DNA from: Podarcis tiliguerta | Lineage: Eukaryota | DNA: 64,000 nt | Strand: one strand, 5' to 3' | Assembly (NCBI GenBank): GCA_965153285.1 | Contig: OZ229110.1 | In this document: positions 1-12,484 of the stretch, in pieces | How positions within the stretch are numbered: the first letter of the stretch is position 1 | Layout of the letters: the number at the start of each line of letters is the position of its first letter | The notes under the pieces: generated by a model | The model's database searches: none | What the model was told of the DNA's origin: nothing | What the model saw: only the letters and a program-made list of their open reading frames with translations | Program-made: the position numbers and the translations under genes

Positions 1-616
1 AATCAACGCCAGAGGATAGGTGGGAAGTTAAAATACTGTTTAGGAGAAAAACAGCAGAGTAAAAAAGAAAATATTAAATAAATAAATAAAATTTATTCCT
101 GTTTATTACTGAAAACTGTTTGCACTACTAATAAAAGAATTGGGTATGCAGTTCCACACGGGGGGTGGTACCTGCAGTCCAAAAACAGTGACTAGAGTTT
201 AAGTACAGGACTCAACAAAACACAAGATGGCTCAAGACCGCAGCTGATGCCGATAAAATTGTACACTGCCACAGATAAAAGTTATACCTGAGCAGAAAGG
301 CACTTCCTGCATATGCAAGAAAGCCCCACAGAATTTCCCCAGGTTCCCAGTCTTGTTGCAATTTCTCCCGCCACAATGTCCCACCAAACCCCATTCCGGA
401 AGGTCCCTCAACCCTGAGAAGGAGCTTTTGAAGGAGAGACAGGAGGCTGGGAAGACCTGTTTTGAGGAGAAATCCACAATTCTATCTCAGGAGCCAACCC
501 TTATTAAGTAACTGATTATTAGCTATCCTTTGAAGTTTGTTGCCAGAAAAGAGTCTACCTCAACATGTTTAATGGTAAGGCTGGAACAGACTATAAAAAT
601 ATTAAAATTAACTTAC

Positions 617-639
617 CAGTGATTCTCCATCTCCTGAAA
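617..639 (-). CDS. NAP1L4: NAP1L4 exon 11 (23 nt)
   Basis: ttgtag|TTTCAGGAGATGGAGAATCACTG|gtaagt; encodes VSGDGESL; phase matches exon 10. Confidence 0.9.
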
Positions 640-2677
640 CTACAAAAAGACAAGAAGTCAGTCTAAGCTTTTTAAAAACCCAACCCTGCTGCAGGTTCTA
701 GTGTGAAAGCTATTGTCACATGTAGATGGAGCAAGAAATATCCTTAGCTTTCTCTGGGTGTCTTAGCTAATGGAGAACTAGGACTCCATTTTCAAAGCTT
801 ATCCTTTCAACTAGGTCCTTTTATTTGTCTCTTGGGTCAACAGCTTAGGGCCAAAACAGCATGTGGAAAAAAATTGGACAGGTAAAAATGAAGTTTGCAA
901 AACACACCCTGCCACGTTTCAACACAAAAGATGCAGCTTTGGAACTGAAACTCACACAGGATGAATGTTTACAACATCAGAAAGGAAAGTTATTCACCCC
1001 AAGCCCACATTTACCTCAAATAATGGGAATTCAAAATACTTTCTATAATACAAAAGTTAAAATGCAAGCATCATCATTCTGATCCAGCCACATGGTAATA
1101 CATTGATCCAGAAGATAAAAACTGAATTTCAAATCTAGGTCCCTATGATAAGCCGCCTTATAATTGCCCCCATATAGCTCATACCTCTTGTTGCAACTAC
1201 ATGGAAGAATGAATGTATGAACCTACACAACTGCATTGCTTCCTAGCAGCAATTCACACAGACTTCCCCACTTCTTTTTAACCCTCCTGTGCTTGTATGA
1301 ATAGTTACTAGACCAGCCTTTCTTAACCTTGGGCCCTCAGATGTTCTTGAACTACAACTCCCACTGTCCCTGACTGCTAGACAGAATGGCTAGGAATCAT
1401 AGGAGTTGTAGTCCAACAATATCTGGGGAGCTGAGAAAGGCTGCATGAGATGGTAGTATGATTCTACTGGCTCTTATGCTGCTGCTGCATTAGGAAAGAT
1501 AGCATGATGCCCTCTAGATGGTGTTGAACTACAGCTGCCACCATCCCTGACTCTTGGCCATGTTTGACCAGGACGGACGTGACTTGTAGCCCAAAACATC
1601 TGGAGAGCACCATGCTCTGCAGAGTTACCAATCTCCTGCTTCAAGAGAGAAAAAGCCACCACTTGAGTGCTACCTTCCACTTTGCCCTTTGAATGTTGCT
1701 TCTGAACATGGTGATTCAAAGAGCAGTTTGGAGGCTCAAGGGACATCAATAGCAAAACAAGCTCTGAAAAAGACAGGGCCTCATGAAGCTCCATCCTTAT
1801 TTCCTGCCCAAAGCATGCATGAGCATTCCAGAATTTAGAACATTCTAAAAGAGAATTTCAGCTGAACTAGCCAGAAACTCCTTTTTAAATTTACAATTGG
1901 CTTTCTCTCTATGCCCACCCACAGAACGGATGGACAAGCCTTCTAATCAGAACCTTGTGATATGCAAAGAAAGAGATCATTTTAATCTTTTGATGAGCAG
2001 CACATGCAAGAAAAAGTTGGCATCATGTTGTGGTTTTTAAAAACTGAACACTGACACATGGGTTGTCAAGACAAGAGGAGTGCAAAAGTTAATATATTTC
2101 AGTTTTTGTTTGCTAAAGAAAGATGGGCTCTCCTAGCAAGAAAGAAACCTGTAAGATCTCCTTGAAGCCATTATGAGCAATGCTATCCTGATACATAATA
2201 ATTGCTTTTTTCAAGTCACAGAATGCCCTGTTGTCAGCTCTGCAGCCTAATCACCACAGGCTATTAAATCAATTTTAATCTTCCATGCAGTTATTTGGAT
2301 TTAGAACTCTACAGCCCTCATGTGGTAAAAACTGGAACAGGTATGCAATATTTAGTTTTTAACAACTTTATACCTTTTTCAGGCAGCTAAAATAAGGCAG
2401 CTCATAATTGTAGCTGAATTTGTGGTGTGTAACATGTTTCAAGATAAGATCTGCTGGAAGCCTAAACAATTTTAGATGTATGTTGCTGATTTATGAGTGA
2501 CAGCAGGAAGGTTTCGGATCCCTACTAATGACATCTAACATCTTGGCCATCAGTTAACTACAAAAAGTTTCACCAACTAAAGGCCTTTTTTTCCTTTAAA
2601 GATCACTGCCTATCAAGAAAGTAAGCTGAGTATGCAATACCTGGTTAACTCCTTCCCTGCATACCTGATTCAAAGTA

Positions 2678-2900
2678 CAGCCGTACCTCATAAGTTGAAC
2701 AGAATCTGTTCCAGAAGTCCATTTGACTTCTGAAACACTTGGAAACCAAGGAGTGGCTTCCGATTGGTTCCCGACTGTGCAGGTACACCGGTAACAATAG
2801 TGGGAAAAAGTTCGAAAACTGGAACACTCACTCCAGTTTTCGATCATTCGGAAGCTGGAACGTTCGACTCCCAAGGCGTTCGGGAGCCAAGGTACGACTG
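2678..2900. mobile_element. Tc1/mariner (Tigger-like) MITE
   Basis: TIRs CAGCCGTACCT / AGGTACGACTG with TA on both sides. Confidence 0.8.
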
Positions 2901-3457
2901 TAACAGGAAGAGACTGAGGCAGGAAGAGAACCCCTTTATCTTCATCTCCTCTATGAGGAGTCAAGAGCCTAATTCCTTGTTTAAAAAAGCCAACCTATGA
3001 AAGGTAGGTAAGGGAGGATCTTCAAATTACTTTTCAAAGTCTTGATCACCAACTGTATGGATAACCCCGCCACTCCCAGAAAAACCTCTTGCAAATAAGT
3101 GTTCAAAAAGCATCATGTGTGGTATCTTAATGGCAAAAGCCATTTTGATTCAGCTTTCATATAAAAAAGAGAAATGGCACCCTCTATGAAACCTACAGAG
3201 CTCCTGCTAGAGGCTGGCTAGAGCTGGGGGACACAGAGGGGGCACATTTTGTTGCAGGACCCCACTTTTAAAGGGGTCCACAAACTGTCTTAGAACATAC
3301 TCAGGCTCCTGATACTAAAGTTTTTACAAAACTAATAACAGCCTTAACAGACTGCTATTCTTTGTTTATTTGCTCCATTCTTGTTATATGGAAATAGCTA
3401 GCTAAAATAAATATGAGTATTCCTAAATAGGAACAGATGAAATTTAACCAAACTTAC

Positions 3458-3603
3458 CTTTTATTGGACTGAAGAAGTTAAAAAATGAGTCATTGGGTAC
3501 TTGTTTAGTAATTGTTCTAACTGTGCCTCGGCCCTTGTGTTTTTGTTTCTTCTTTATTGTTTTAACTGTAACATTTTTTCCTTTCTTCCAATCAATAGTA
3601 CAT
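3458..3603 (-). CDS. NAP1L4: NAP1L4 exon 10
   Basis: CTIDWKKGKNVTVKTIKKKQKHKGRGTVRTITKQVPNDSFFNFFSPIK; AG/GT boundaries; 146 nt. Confidence 0.96.
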
Positions 3604-4145
3604 CTGGAGATGAAGAATTTATATGTCAGTGACATTTAAAAAGGAGAGTGTCACATTGAACACCTGGTAGCTTTTCAAGCCAGTGGTCAAGTCCTGTAAG
3701 AATAATGGCAGTTTTCTTTAGCACTGCTGCTAGAGTTAGTCTACATTGTGTGACATAATATTCCAATAAATAAACCTATTTGAGTGCAATAGCTCCTAAA
3801 GTTCTGCTTGTGGGAAAGTGACCTCCCTGCACCTTTCATTCCCTTTCCCTAAAGTCTGCAACTAGAACAAGAAGATATGGCAGGTGGAATTGTGATTTTT
3901 CACTGCACTGTGTCCTGCTTGTAAACTCTAGTAGTTGATGGTTTTTTAAAAAAATGGTCAGAATTCCCAAAATTAAAGCTAGTTGGGTGGATCCAGAGAC
4001 AGATGAGGGGAAGTCTGTTCCCCACAATGGGGTTTTCCTGGTCCCTCCCCCTACCAACATGGACACTGGAGTGAAGGGAGAAATGCCTTTCTGCTCAACT
4101 AAGACAACCATGGATCCAGGTTTAATTTAATACTTTAATCAAAGA

Positions 4146-5248
4146 GCCATAGAATCAAAGAGTTGAAAGGTACTCCATGGGTCATCTAGTCCAACCTCCT
4201 GTGATGCAGAAATCTCAACTATGAGATATATGACCAATGGCCATCCAACCTCTGCTTAAACTCTCCAAGGAACAAGAGTCCACCAGCTCCCGAGAGAGTC
4301 CGTTCCACTGTTGAACAGCTCTTAGTGTCAAGAATGTTCTTTCCAATGTTTAGTCGGAATCTCTTTTCTCAGTGGTGGAGTTGGGTACTATGGCCCCCTA
4401 TGCAAGGCGAAAACATGATCCCTGCCCCCCCAGCCCACGCACTGCATTCTCAAAGTCAGGTAAGAGAGGCACAGGCCTTTGGCAGGGAGGCATGAGGCTC
4501 TGGCATGGTCCTAGAGCCCTGCTATCTCCATCTCAAAGCTGGACAGGTGCTTATGGGACTTTGGGAAGAGGAAAGGAGGAGGAACGACTCTAGGACCTTG
4601 TCAGAACCTCGCACCTACTTCCCAAAACCTGGCACCTCTCTTTGAGAAGGTGACCCCTTGGTTCAGCATCCAGTCTATGTGAACCACTCACAGCTATAAA
4701 TCCATCCCGGCCTTTTTTTTAACGTAAATCCATTGGTTTGGGTGCTAGCCTATGGAGCAGGAGAAAACAAGCTTGCTCCATCTCCATGTGACAGCCCTTT
4801 AGATATTTGAAGATACAGTGGTACCTTGGGTTACATACGCTTCAGGTTAGACTCCGCTAACCCAGAAATAGTGCTTCAGGTTAAGAACTTTGCTTCAGGA
4901 TGAGAACAGAAATTGTGGTCCGGCGGCACGGCAGCAGCAGGAGGCCCCATTAGCTAAAGTGGTGCTTCAGGTTAAGAACAGTTTCAGGTTAAGTACAGAC
5001 CTCCGGAACGAATTAAGTACTTAACCCGAGGTACCACTGTACTGGCTATCCCATCTCTTTTCAGTATCCTCTTTACCGGGCTAAACATACCCAGTTCCCT
5101 CAACCGTCCCTCGTAAGGTTTGGTTACTAGGCCCTTTATCATCCTGACCACCCTCCTCTGCACCTATTCCAGCTTGTTAACATCCATCTTAAACTGTGGG
5201 ATCCAGAACTGGACACAGGACTCCAGGTGTGGTCTGACCAAGGCAGAA
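4146..5248 (-). mobile_element. CR1 LINE 3' fragment interrupted by two insertions
   Basis: Starts at catagaat (reverse complement of the CR1 ATTCTATG tail); degenerate ORF2 C-terminal sequence continues to cagaactggacacaggactccagg. Confidence 0.8.
4816..5039 (+). mobile_element. Tc1/mariner MITE, family A copy 1 (inside CR1)
   Basis: TIR CAGTGGTACCTYGGGTTA with TA TSD; closely similar to copies at 23155 and 29100. Confidence 0.9.
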
Positions 5249-5440
5249 AAACAGCTTGTTTTTGCTGCTGCATCACTACTGGCAATAGTTCTGTGATTGC
5301 TGATCCAATATACGGTACTACATTCATTCATAACACCAGAAGTGCTTTCAGAGTGATTTTATATTTTGACCGCATATATTTATAATGGTACCTTAAACTT
5401 CAGACTAGAAGCTCAAAAATGTTTAAGAATATTTTCTTAC

Positions 5441-5580
5441 CCCTCGCAGTCAACAATTTCAGGGCCTTCAAATGAAAAGGGATCCGTCTTATCTGGCTCC
5501 GACTTCATCTTGTAGGTTTTTGTCAGAATTGAATTAGTAAAATAGTCATTGGGCTCGAAGTAGAACTCTAATGTGAAAGA
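5441..5580 (-). CDS. NAP1L4: NAP1L4 exon 9
   Basis: SFTLEFYFEPNDYFTNSILTKTYKMKSEPDKTDPFSFEGPEIVDCEG; 140 nt. Confidence 0.96.
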
Positions 5581-8298
5581 CTAAAAGAGATCCATTATTG
5601 TTGTAAAGCTCTCAACTATTTTTGGCAGACAGAAGGTGATAAAGTGTTATTAGTAAACAATATTTGTATTGGCAATGCACCCTTTACAAAAATAAAAGTT
5701 CAGATCCTACATTTTAACAGCCTCATTTTACACTGTTCTATTAAAATGTAATAAAACATGAATATGATAAACACACACAATAAATAATTTGGAACAATTA
5801 GTGTGCTATGTTTTCTTGACAGGCTTCGTATTACAGCTATTCACAGTACTTCAACCTTATGTACAAAGGTCTGCTTTTTTTTTTTTTTTGCTTTTCAAAC
5901 AAAGTTTAAAGGCTAATCTTAATACAGTGCACACTTAATTCACAAGCAGATATGCACACATACAGGGCAAACAAGCACCAGCATAGTGGCAGCTCAAACC
6001 ATGACAGTTGAATACAAACATTTAAAGCTGTATCCAACTGATGTCCCTCAGCTGATAAAAGCCTCTGCTGGACCAAAGAGCCTTCTGTGAGTGGAATAGG
6101 GATTAATGCCATCTTTAACAATTCCCCTGTGCTACTTCCCCTGACTCCAGTTGTTTTGGGGGGAAGGGGGGATAGGATATGGGGAATTGCCAAAGGTCAC
6201 ATTGCTCACTCAGGCTTCAGTCAGTGGAGGAACACCAATTGGATACAACCCTTAACGTTGGTTGGGGGACAATGACATAAACATCCTACGTTCATATCTA
6301 AAAGCACAAGTGGTATCTATTGCTTTAGTCAGCAACAATGGCAGGGCAGGTAAGAATAGCAGAGTATCAGATTCCCCCCCCCCCCCCAAAAAAAGGTTTA
6401 GAGAATGTGTCAAAGCATTTGAGAACATCATCACATGAATTATTTGATTATATATTGCTCAACTGAAGAAATAATTCAGAACTAGTCACCAGGCATTTCC
6501 CCCACTCGCTTGTACTGTTGCTACCTATTCCACCTTCTTGCCACTGTCATAATAATCAGCTAACACTTCCAAGCAACAAGAAAAATGGAGGGCAAACACC
6601 CCCACGTGAGCCAGAGGCAGTTTGCTGTGCAGGTGCTCATTCACAAGGAGCAGTTAACTGCTAACTTGTTCAAGAAAAGCATGAAACTGCAAAACCTTTG
6701 GTGAAAAATAATCCAAAATCAATTATCTTATTTCAGGTCTGAAAACCAGGAGAGAATTAAAACTTTACTTAAGTAACTGCAATATGGATAAAAGCTTCAC
6801 TACAGTGCATTCAAAGAACAGAAGCTTAAATATGTTCTAACAGAACTCTCACATATTGCTTAGTTTTCTAATGGCAAACTGCTCTTATGTGCCAAGTGAA
6901 GTCAAGAGCTTGGAGTACTTCCAGGAACAACAGGATGCCATATGAACAGTTATTCCAGCCACTGATTTCTGTTTATATTACTAGAGCTAGTTCTCACTAG
7001 AGAGCAGATAAAAGCTTCTCCCACCCTCTTAAAAAAGTAATTCTAATCCTTTATCATATAAATAGAAGTAAAATGCAAACCCAGCATGTAAGATACTAAC
7101 AGAAGACTGAGCAGTGTAACCAACTTAAAACTTTTCCAAGGCAAATCAAAGCCGAGGTTGTTAATAATGTGGGGTCAACTCTCTGAAGGTGAAGCCATGT
7201 AATGCTACTGAGCACAACTTCCTCCGAGTGCTTCTATTAGATCAATACAGTATAAAACTCTATTTACTGGGCAAAACTTTTCACTAAAAGCAGTGGACTA
7301 CTGAATAATTTCTCTGAAGTGGCCCACTAAGCAATATATATTTTTAGCTACTTTCACTGCATGCAGCCCAACAGAAACCGGCTCTCAGAGAACCTAATTC
7401 ACTAATTAATGCCATTAACATTCTAAATGAGGTACTAGGAAAGATCTGCATCTTCCCTTGCTCTGTGGAGGTTGCTTAAAACTAGCTCAAATATGTTAAG
7501 AATATCTTCCTTGATGGTGAAGCAATGATACAGAAGACTTCTTAACACATATTAAGTGGTTCTGTCTAGTTTTTCAATTCTTGAGTCACTGTATCAACTT
7601 GTTCCTTGAAGCAGAACAAAAGGATCCTCCTATTTTTTGGAACCTTTCCCCAGGACAGCAGAAATGGATTAGTTTCACTTTGTTGGTTGTTGCATGTAAC
7701 ATTTCGCAACAAAGGAAAACTAAAATACAGTCCCAACAACCCACCAATGGCAGAAGAAACCTATACTCACTCACCATACATGAATTAGTGACACATCTTA
7801 AGTTTACATAAATGATTACCAAACCTATACTAAACTCTATCGCTTGCCAAGTTCAGTTATTTTGCTTATGATACTCCCATAGATTGAAAATGAGCAAAAT
7901 CTATGAACACTGACCAACATCTCTTCCTATTTTCCTTCCCTGCTCCATTTTTGTTTATTTTATTTCTTTGCTGGTAAAGTTTTAGTTTTAGTTTATATCA
8001 ATATAAGAAACATGCTTCAATAAAGGATTAATAAAAGACCTAATTCAAGTACAAGCTCATATTATTTTAAAACATTGCTTCATTAATTGTCAGTAGGTGG
8101 TGCTATTATAACTGTAGTTTTTAATGCCTGATCTAATAAAGAAGTCCCCAGTGGGATATACAGCTGAGTTCATCTTCTAAGGTGAAACTTGATACAATAA
8201 GATAAAAATGGAAATCCTCCACACTCAAACTATTAATGGATACCATGCCCCTCACAAGTTAAATCATATTAAATTCTTAGAAGTTAAATCATACTAAC

Positions 8299-8370
8299 CA
8301 TAGGCTGTCCTGGCTCAGAAAATTTTACTTTGATATCCTGCAGGTGCTTCAAAATTGGCTCATCATATTC
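8299..8370 (-). CDS. NAP1L4: NAP1L4 exon 8
   Basis: EYDEPILKHLQDIKVKFSEPGQPM; 72 nt. Confidence 0.95.
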
Positions 8371-8618
8371 CTAAACAAAAATGGTAAAGCTATGATTAAG
8401 ATGAAAGAAATGGCTGGCATCTCATAGAGTCAAATGCCTCCAATGCAAGTTCTCAAGTTTACTTAGATACCATCTTCAATTTCAAGTAAACTGTTTCTGC
8501 CTCAGTTAGTTCTTCAGTCAACTCTATATATTAGCTAACACACTAACACCCCCCCACTCCCAAAACAGTTGACTCAATAATAAATGTATCTCAGAAGGTC
8601 AAGAGAGATATGTGATTA

Positions 8619-8971
8619 AAGGTAAAGGTAAAGGTACCCCTGCCCGTACGGGCCAGTCTTGGGTTGTGCGCCCATCTCACTTAAGAGGCCGAGGGCCAGC
8701 GCTGTCCGGAGACACTTCCGGGTCACGTGGCCAGCGTGACATCGCTGCTCTGGCGAGCCAGAGCTGCACGCGGAAACACCGTTTACCTTCCCGCTAGTAA
8801 GCGGTCCCTATTTATCTACTTGCACCCAGAGGTGCTTTCGAACTGCTAGGTTGGCAGGCGCTGGGACCGAACAACAGGAGCACACCCTGCCGCGGGGATT
8901 CGAACCGCCGACCTTTCGATCAGCAAGCCCTAGGCGCTGAGGCTTTTACCCACAGTGCCACCCGCGTCCCC
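8619..8971 (-). mobile_element. Sauria SINE, near full length
   Basis: Minus strand starts GGGACGCGGGTGGCACTGTGGG, has B box GGTTCGAATCC and an (ACCTTT)n tail; 13-bp TSD AGATATGTGATTA at 8606-8618 and 8972-8984. Confidence 0.9.
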
Positions 8972-9528
8972 AGATATGTGATTAGGTGTGTACTAATTTA
9001 AGAGAAGGAGATTTTTGGACAACAACGAGACAGCAAGTAAGGAGAAGGTAAATCAAGAAAAGGCCAAAACAGGGACAGAAGTAGCTTACTGAAATCTGCA
9101 AGTTGTAAAGTAATTCGAAAAGCCTGGCAAAAATCTAACAAACAGCATGACACTGGCCTGGCTCACACATACATGTGCTGATGCAGGCTGCCCCGTTTTG
9201 CTGCTTCCTGACTCTTGACATGCTGGAACAAGCCTAGACTTGTTTTGTAGTCCAAACCCATGAAAGCAGGTTTGGACAACAGTACAAGTCAAAGCTTATG
9301 GTCTGTTGAAGCGAGAAGTGAAGTGAGGACTTCTGAGCAGCATGAGCAATACTCTTTTAATGTGATGAGTGAACCAGAACAACACATGTTCATTAATACT
9401 TATTTCCAGGCAAATCTGTCACAGATCCCTTTCCTGTACGCATTTATCGTTATCAGTTTGGTATTTGAATTGAGATAGCATGACATGTAAAAACACTAAT
9501 TAACAAACAGCCTTTTTATAGGCATTAC

Positions 9529-9660
9529 CTGTACTAATTCACTCAGCATATCTACATTTCTAAATATTGTGAACCAAAAATCTGGGATTCCTTTGGGATT
9601 TGTCTCTTCAGCTGCTCCTGCTTCTTTTTCTTCTATTACTACTTTATTTTTCACATCTCC
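9529..9660 (-). CDS. NAP1L4: NAP1L4 exon 7
   Basis: GDVKNKVVIEEKEAGAAEETNPKGIPDFWFTIFRNVDMLSELVQ; 132 nt. Confidence 0.95.
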
Positions 9661-10429
9661 CTAATAACAGAAAAGAGAGAAACTTCTTTAAACGTTTTGA
9701 CCAGAAGCTAGTCAACAAATATATTCAAAGTTGTTTGTAAAATGCAAATGCCCCATTTCCTAGGTGTTCTTTTAATGTTCTTAATGCAGAAACATTGTCA
9801 TTATAAAAAGTATTTGCATCTAAAAGAAAACTTGGGTGGTTGTGAGGCTAAGGGCTATAAAAGGCAAAAATAGCAATTTTAACACAGATTGGTATTGCTT
9901 TATTACACAAGTAAACAGCTTGGGTCATACATTATATCTCATTGACACATGGTGATTTATAGATTCTGAGCTGATTTAAGTAAATTTGTATAACTTCTCA
10001 ATATATACCATTGAAATGTATGTACTGTAACTGTGTATCTTGTTTATTATTATTTGTTAAATGCTATGATGGGGGAAAATATAACCTTGGGTTTTGCGCC
10101 TATCAGTATGGAAACAAAATGACCCCCCACCCCCACCACACTTCCCCTAAAAAAATGAGGCAATGGTTTCTCCATATTCTGGAGAGTTCCAGGGTATGCA
10201 AAAGTAAATTAGTCTCTAATTTAAAAAAAAAAAAAACACAGCATCTAAAAATAGTTTAACAAGGACACATTTTCATTTTCTTACTCTCCAGTATGCCCCC
10301 TACACACTATACAGTAATAAAGCACTAATGTTTCCAAACCTGAACCCTTTTATACTTTGTAACTCAACTGGGAGAGTTTCAGGAGGCATGCAGACACAGT
10401 AATAAAAAATAGGGGAATATTTCTCTTTT

Positions 10430-10620
10430 AGAGCAGTTCAGAGATTAAGATCACTGGAGGAGGCCCTCTCGCGGGTCCACCAATCTCACAGGTTCTGGCA
10501 GCAGTAGCCTGTGAGAGGGCCTTCTCAGTGATGACCCGAAGAATGTGAAGCTCCCTTACAACACAGGTGCATCAAGTACCCTATCTTTTTGTTTCCTTAA
10601 AATGTGTTGAATAAAACTAT
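10430..10620 (+). mobile_element. L2-like LINE 3' fragment
   Basis: gagagggccttctcagtg...gtgaagctccct motif typical of L2 ORF2 ends. Confidence 0.5.
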
Positions 10621-10700
10621 TGCTTTTGAGTTTCTGTAACCCATCCTGAACCTTCTGCTGAAAAGCAGGTAGGAAAGACAAAAATAAAATAGATCAATAA

Positions 10701-10829
10701 TGATGTGTCCCCAAAACGGAGATAACAGACATGCAAAAAATGCCTGCTTTTTCTCATCCTGGGTGTTACTGTAGCACTGGAATGGAACCCATTAGCAGAA
10801 GAGGCTGTCAACAGGTTACGAACAGTGCA
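10701..10829 (-). ncRNA. SNORA54: Box H/ACA snoRNA SNORA54 (ACA54) homolog in NAP1L4 intron 6
   Basis: Minus strand GCACTGTTCGTAACCTGTTGACAGCCTCTTCTGCTAATGGGTTCCATTCCAGTGC forms a hairpin matching the human ACA54 5' half as I recall it. It is followed by H box ACAGTA, a second hairpin (CCCAGGATG/CGTTTTGGG) and an ACA box 3 nt from the end. NAP1L4 is the known host gene. Confidence 0.88.
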
Positions 10830-11037
10830 AATGACTAGATCAAAGCAGTTTCCTGGCCAATTTCATTAGGCATGCAGCTAAATATCTTGGTAACTCAAGC
10901 TTATGATGTGCTCTGCTAGGACAGGTATTATTTTAATTAGATCACTTCATTAGGTTTTCTGAAGAGTTTACTAGGAATATTACACATTACAGCTTAAATT
11001 ATTTTAGTAATTGTGTTCAGAAGCAAATTCTACTTAC

Positions 11038-11124
11038 GGCAAGTTTTTCTTCCTCCTCATTTTCACTGTGCCATTCTGCTTCTGCCTCTGTGGGTTCAGC
11101 ACCACCAGTGATAAAATCCCTTCT
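11038..11124 (-). CDS. NAP1L4: NAP1L4 exon 6
   Basis: RRDFITGGAEPTEAEAEWHSENEEEEKLA; 87 nt. Confidence 0.95.
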
Positions 11125-11990
11125 CTGCATAATTAGTATAAAAATTGTAGACAAGTTAGAACATACTAAGGTTATCCAAGAGCACTGGAGAGTGCTGTGG
11201 AAAATGGATCAACAATGGTGGTTCCCAGTATCTGCTCAAATGAGTTAAGGAACTGTATAAACTACTATCTCAGAAGTATTAGGAATATGCTTCATTTTTT
11301 AAATCTAACACCCAAATGACTTTATCATCAAACAATATCTGAGAGTGACTTAGGTTTCTGGTATTTTAGATACTCTAACCAAGGTACAGGGCAACAAATA
11401 TCCTTTAAACGTTGTAAATTAAAGTAAAAAGAAAAGAAAACAGTTACTTTAGCTGAACAAAAACTAAATACACTATAATGCCTAAAAAGAGAAAATGAAG
11501 TGCAGATTACAGCTGTGTAGCTGCTGAACAGTTCAAACATGAAATTGACCAGGATCAGAGGAATCCTGAATAACTATACCATAAATGAATACCAGTATTC
11601 TAAATGCCAAAATAATCAATTATAGAATTAAGACTTAACAGGAAAGGCCTAATATAGTTATTGCTTTAGGTAAAGGCTACTAACAGCAGGAACATTAGTT
11701 TTATATATCTAGCAGTTGTCTTAGAGGAACCACTCTGCCTATTGTTCTCACCTCCCTTTTGTCAACACATGCTAAACACATACCTAAGTAGTCAGGCTTT
11801 GAGAACACTTCGGATAGCTATATGCAAGTTCTCATGATATAGTTGACAGAAATAAAATAGCAACCACACAGTGCAAAGAACAACCCAGTTTTAGCCCCCT
11901 CACAATGATAGTTGTTGTTACAATTACAGGAAGATGAAGCATAGTTCCACTAATATTAGTTAAGACTGCAAGGAAATTTACATGCCTTAC

Positions 11991-12132
11991 CTTATCAAAG
12001 AGAGGCTGGTACAGGGCTGCATATTTTCGCTCTAAATCATGAACTTCTTCATAAAATTTAGCTTCTATATGGGCACATTTCACCTGAAGCTGTTTCAAGG
12101 CATCAATTCTTCTTTTTACTGCTTTTGGTAAG
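11991..12132 (-). CDS. NAP1L4: NAP1L4 exon 5
   Basis: LPKAVKRRIDALKQLQVKCAHIEAKFYEEVHDLERKYAALYQPLFDK; 142 nt. Confidence 0.96.
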
Positions 12133-12384
12133 CTAGAAACAAAATTATTTAGAATTTACATAGCAGCAGCAGCATCTAGCTTCTTCCACCTAATAAGATT
12201 TTCACTACTTTCCAAGTATCTCCAGAATTCAGAGAAATTTCCTGTCCCTCTCCAAGGCTGGAGGCTTTCATTAACCTCAGGCTGAGCTTGCTACATCAAA
12301 TTAACATATGTACCTAATAGTAGCAAGTGCATTTTTGGACTTGTGAATCTTTTACTTGTGGCAAGTGGTGTTTCTCATTCTTAC

Positions 12385-12484
12385 GTTTCAATGTAGCTGG
12401 AAGGAGTGTGAGGTGCATTATCAAGTCGCTCCTGTAAAGCTGCCAAGACTTGTGGATTCTGCATTACCTGGTCTGCTAACTTTT
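12385..12484 (-). CDS. NAP1L4: NAP1L4 exon 4
   Basis: EKLADQVMQNPQVLAALQERLDNAPHTPSSYIET; 100 nt. Confidence 0.95.

Noticed and set aside
975-1080. ATGATGA...CTGA pair suggesting a C/D snoRNA
   Set aside because: No terminal stem or guide complementarity; such pairs are expected by chance in AT-rich introns
6365-6436. Box C (GTGATGA) and box D (CTGA) pair on the minus strand in NAP1L4 intron 8
   Set aside because: No terminal stem, a poly-G interior and no recognisable rRNA antisense element
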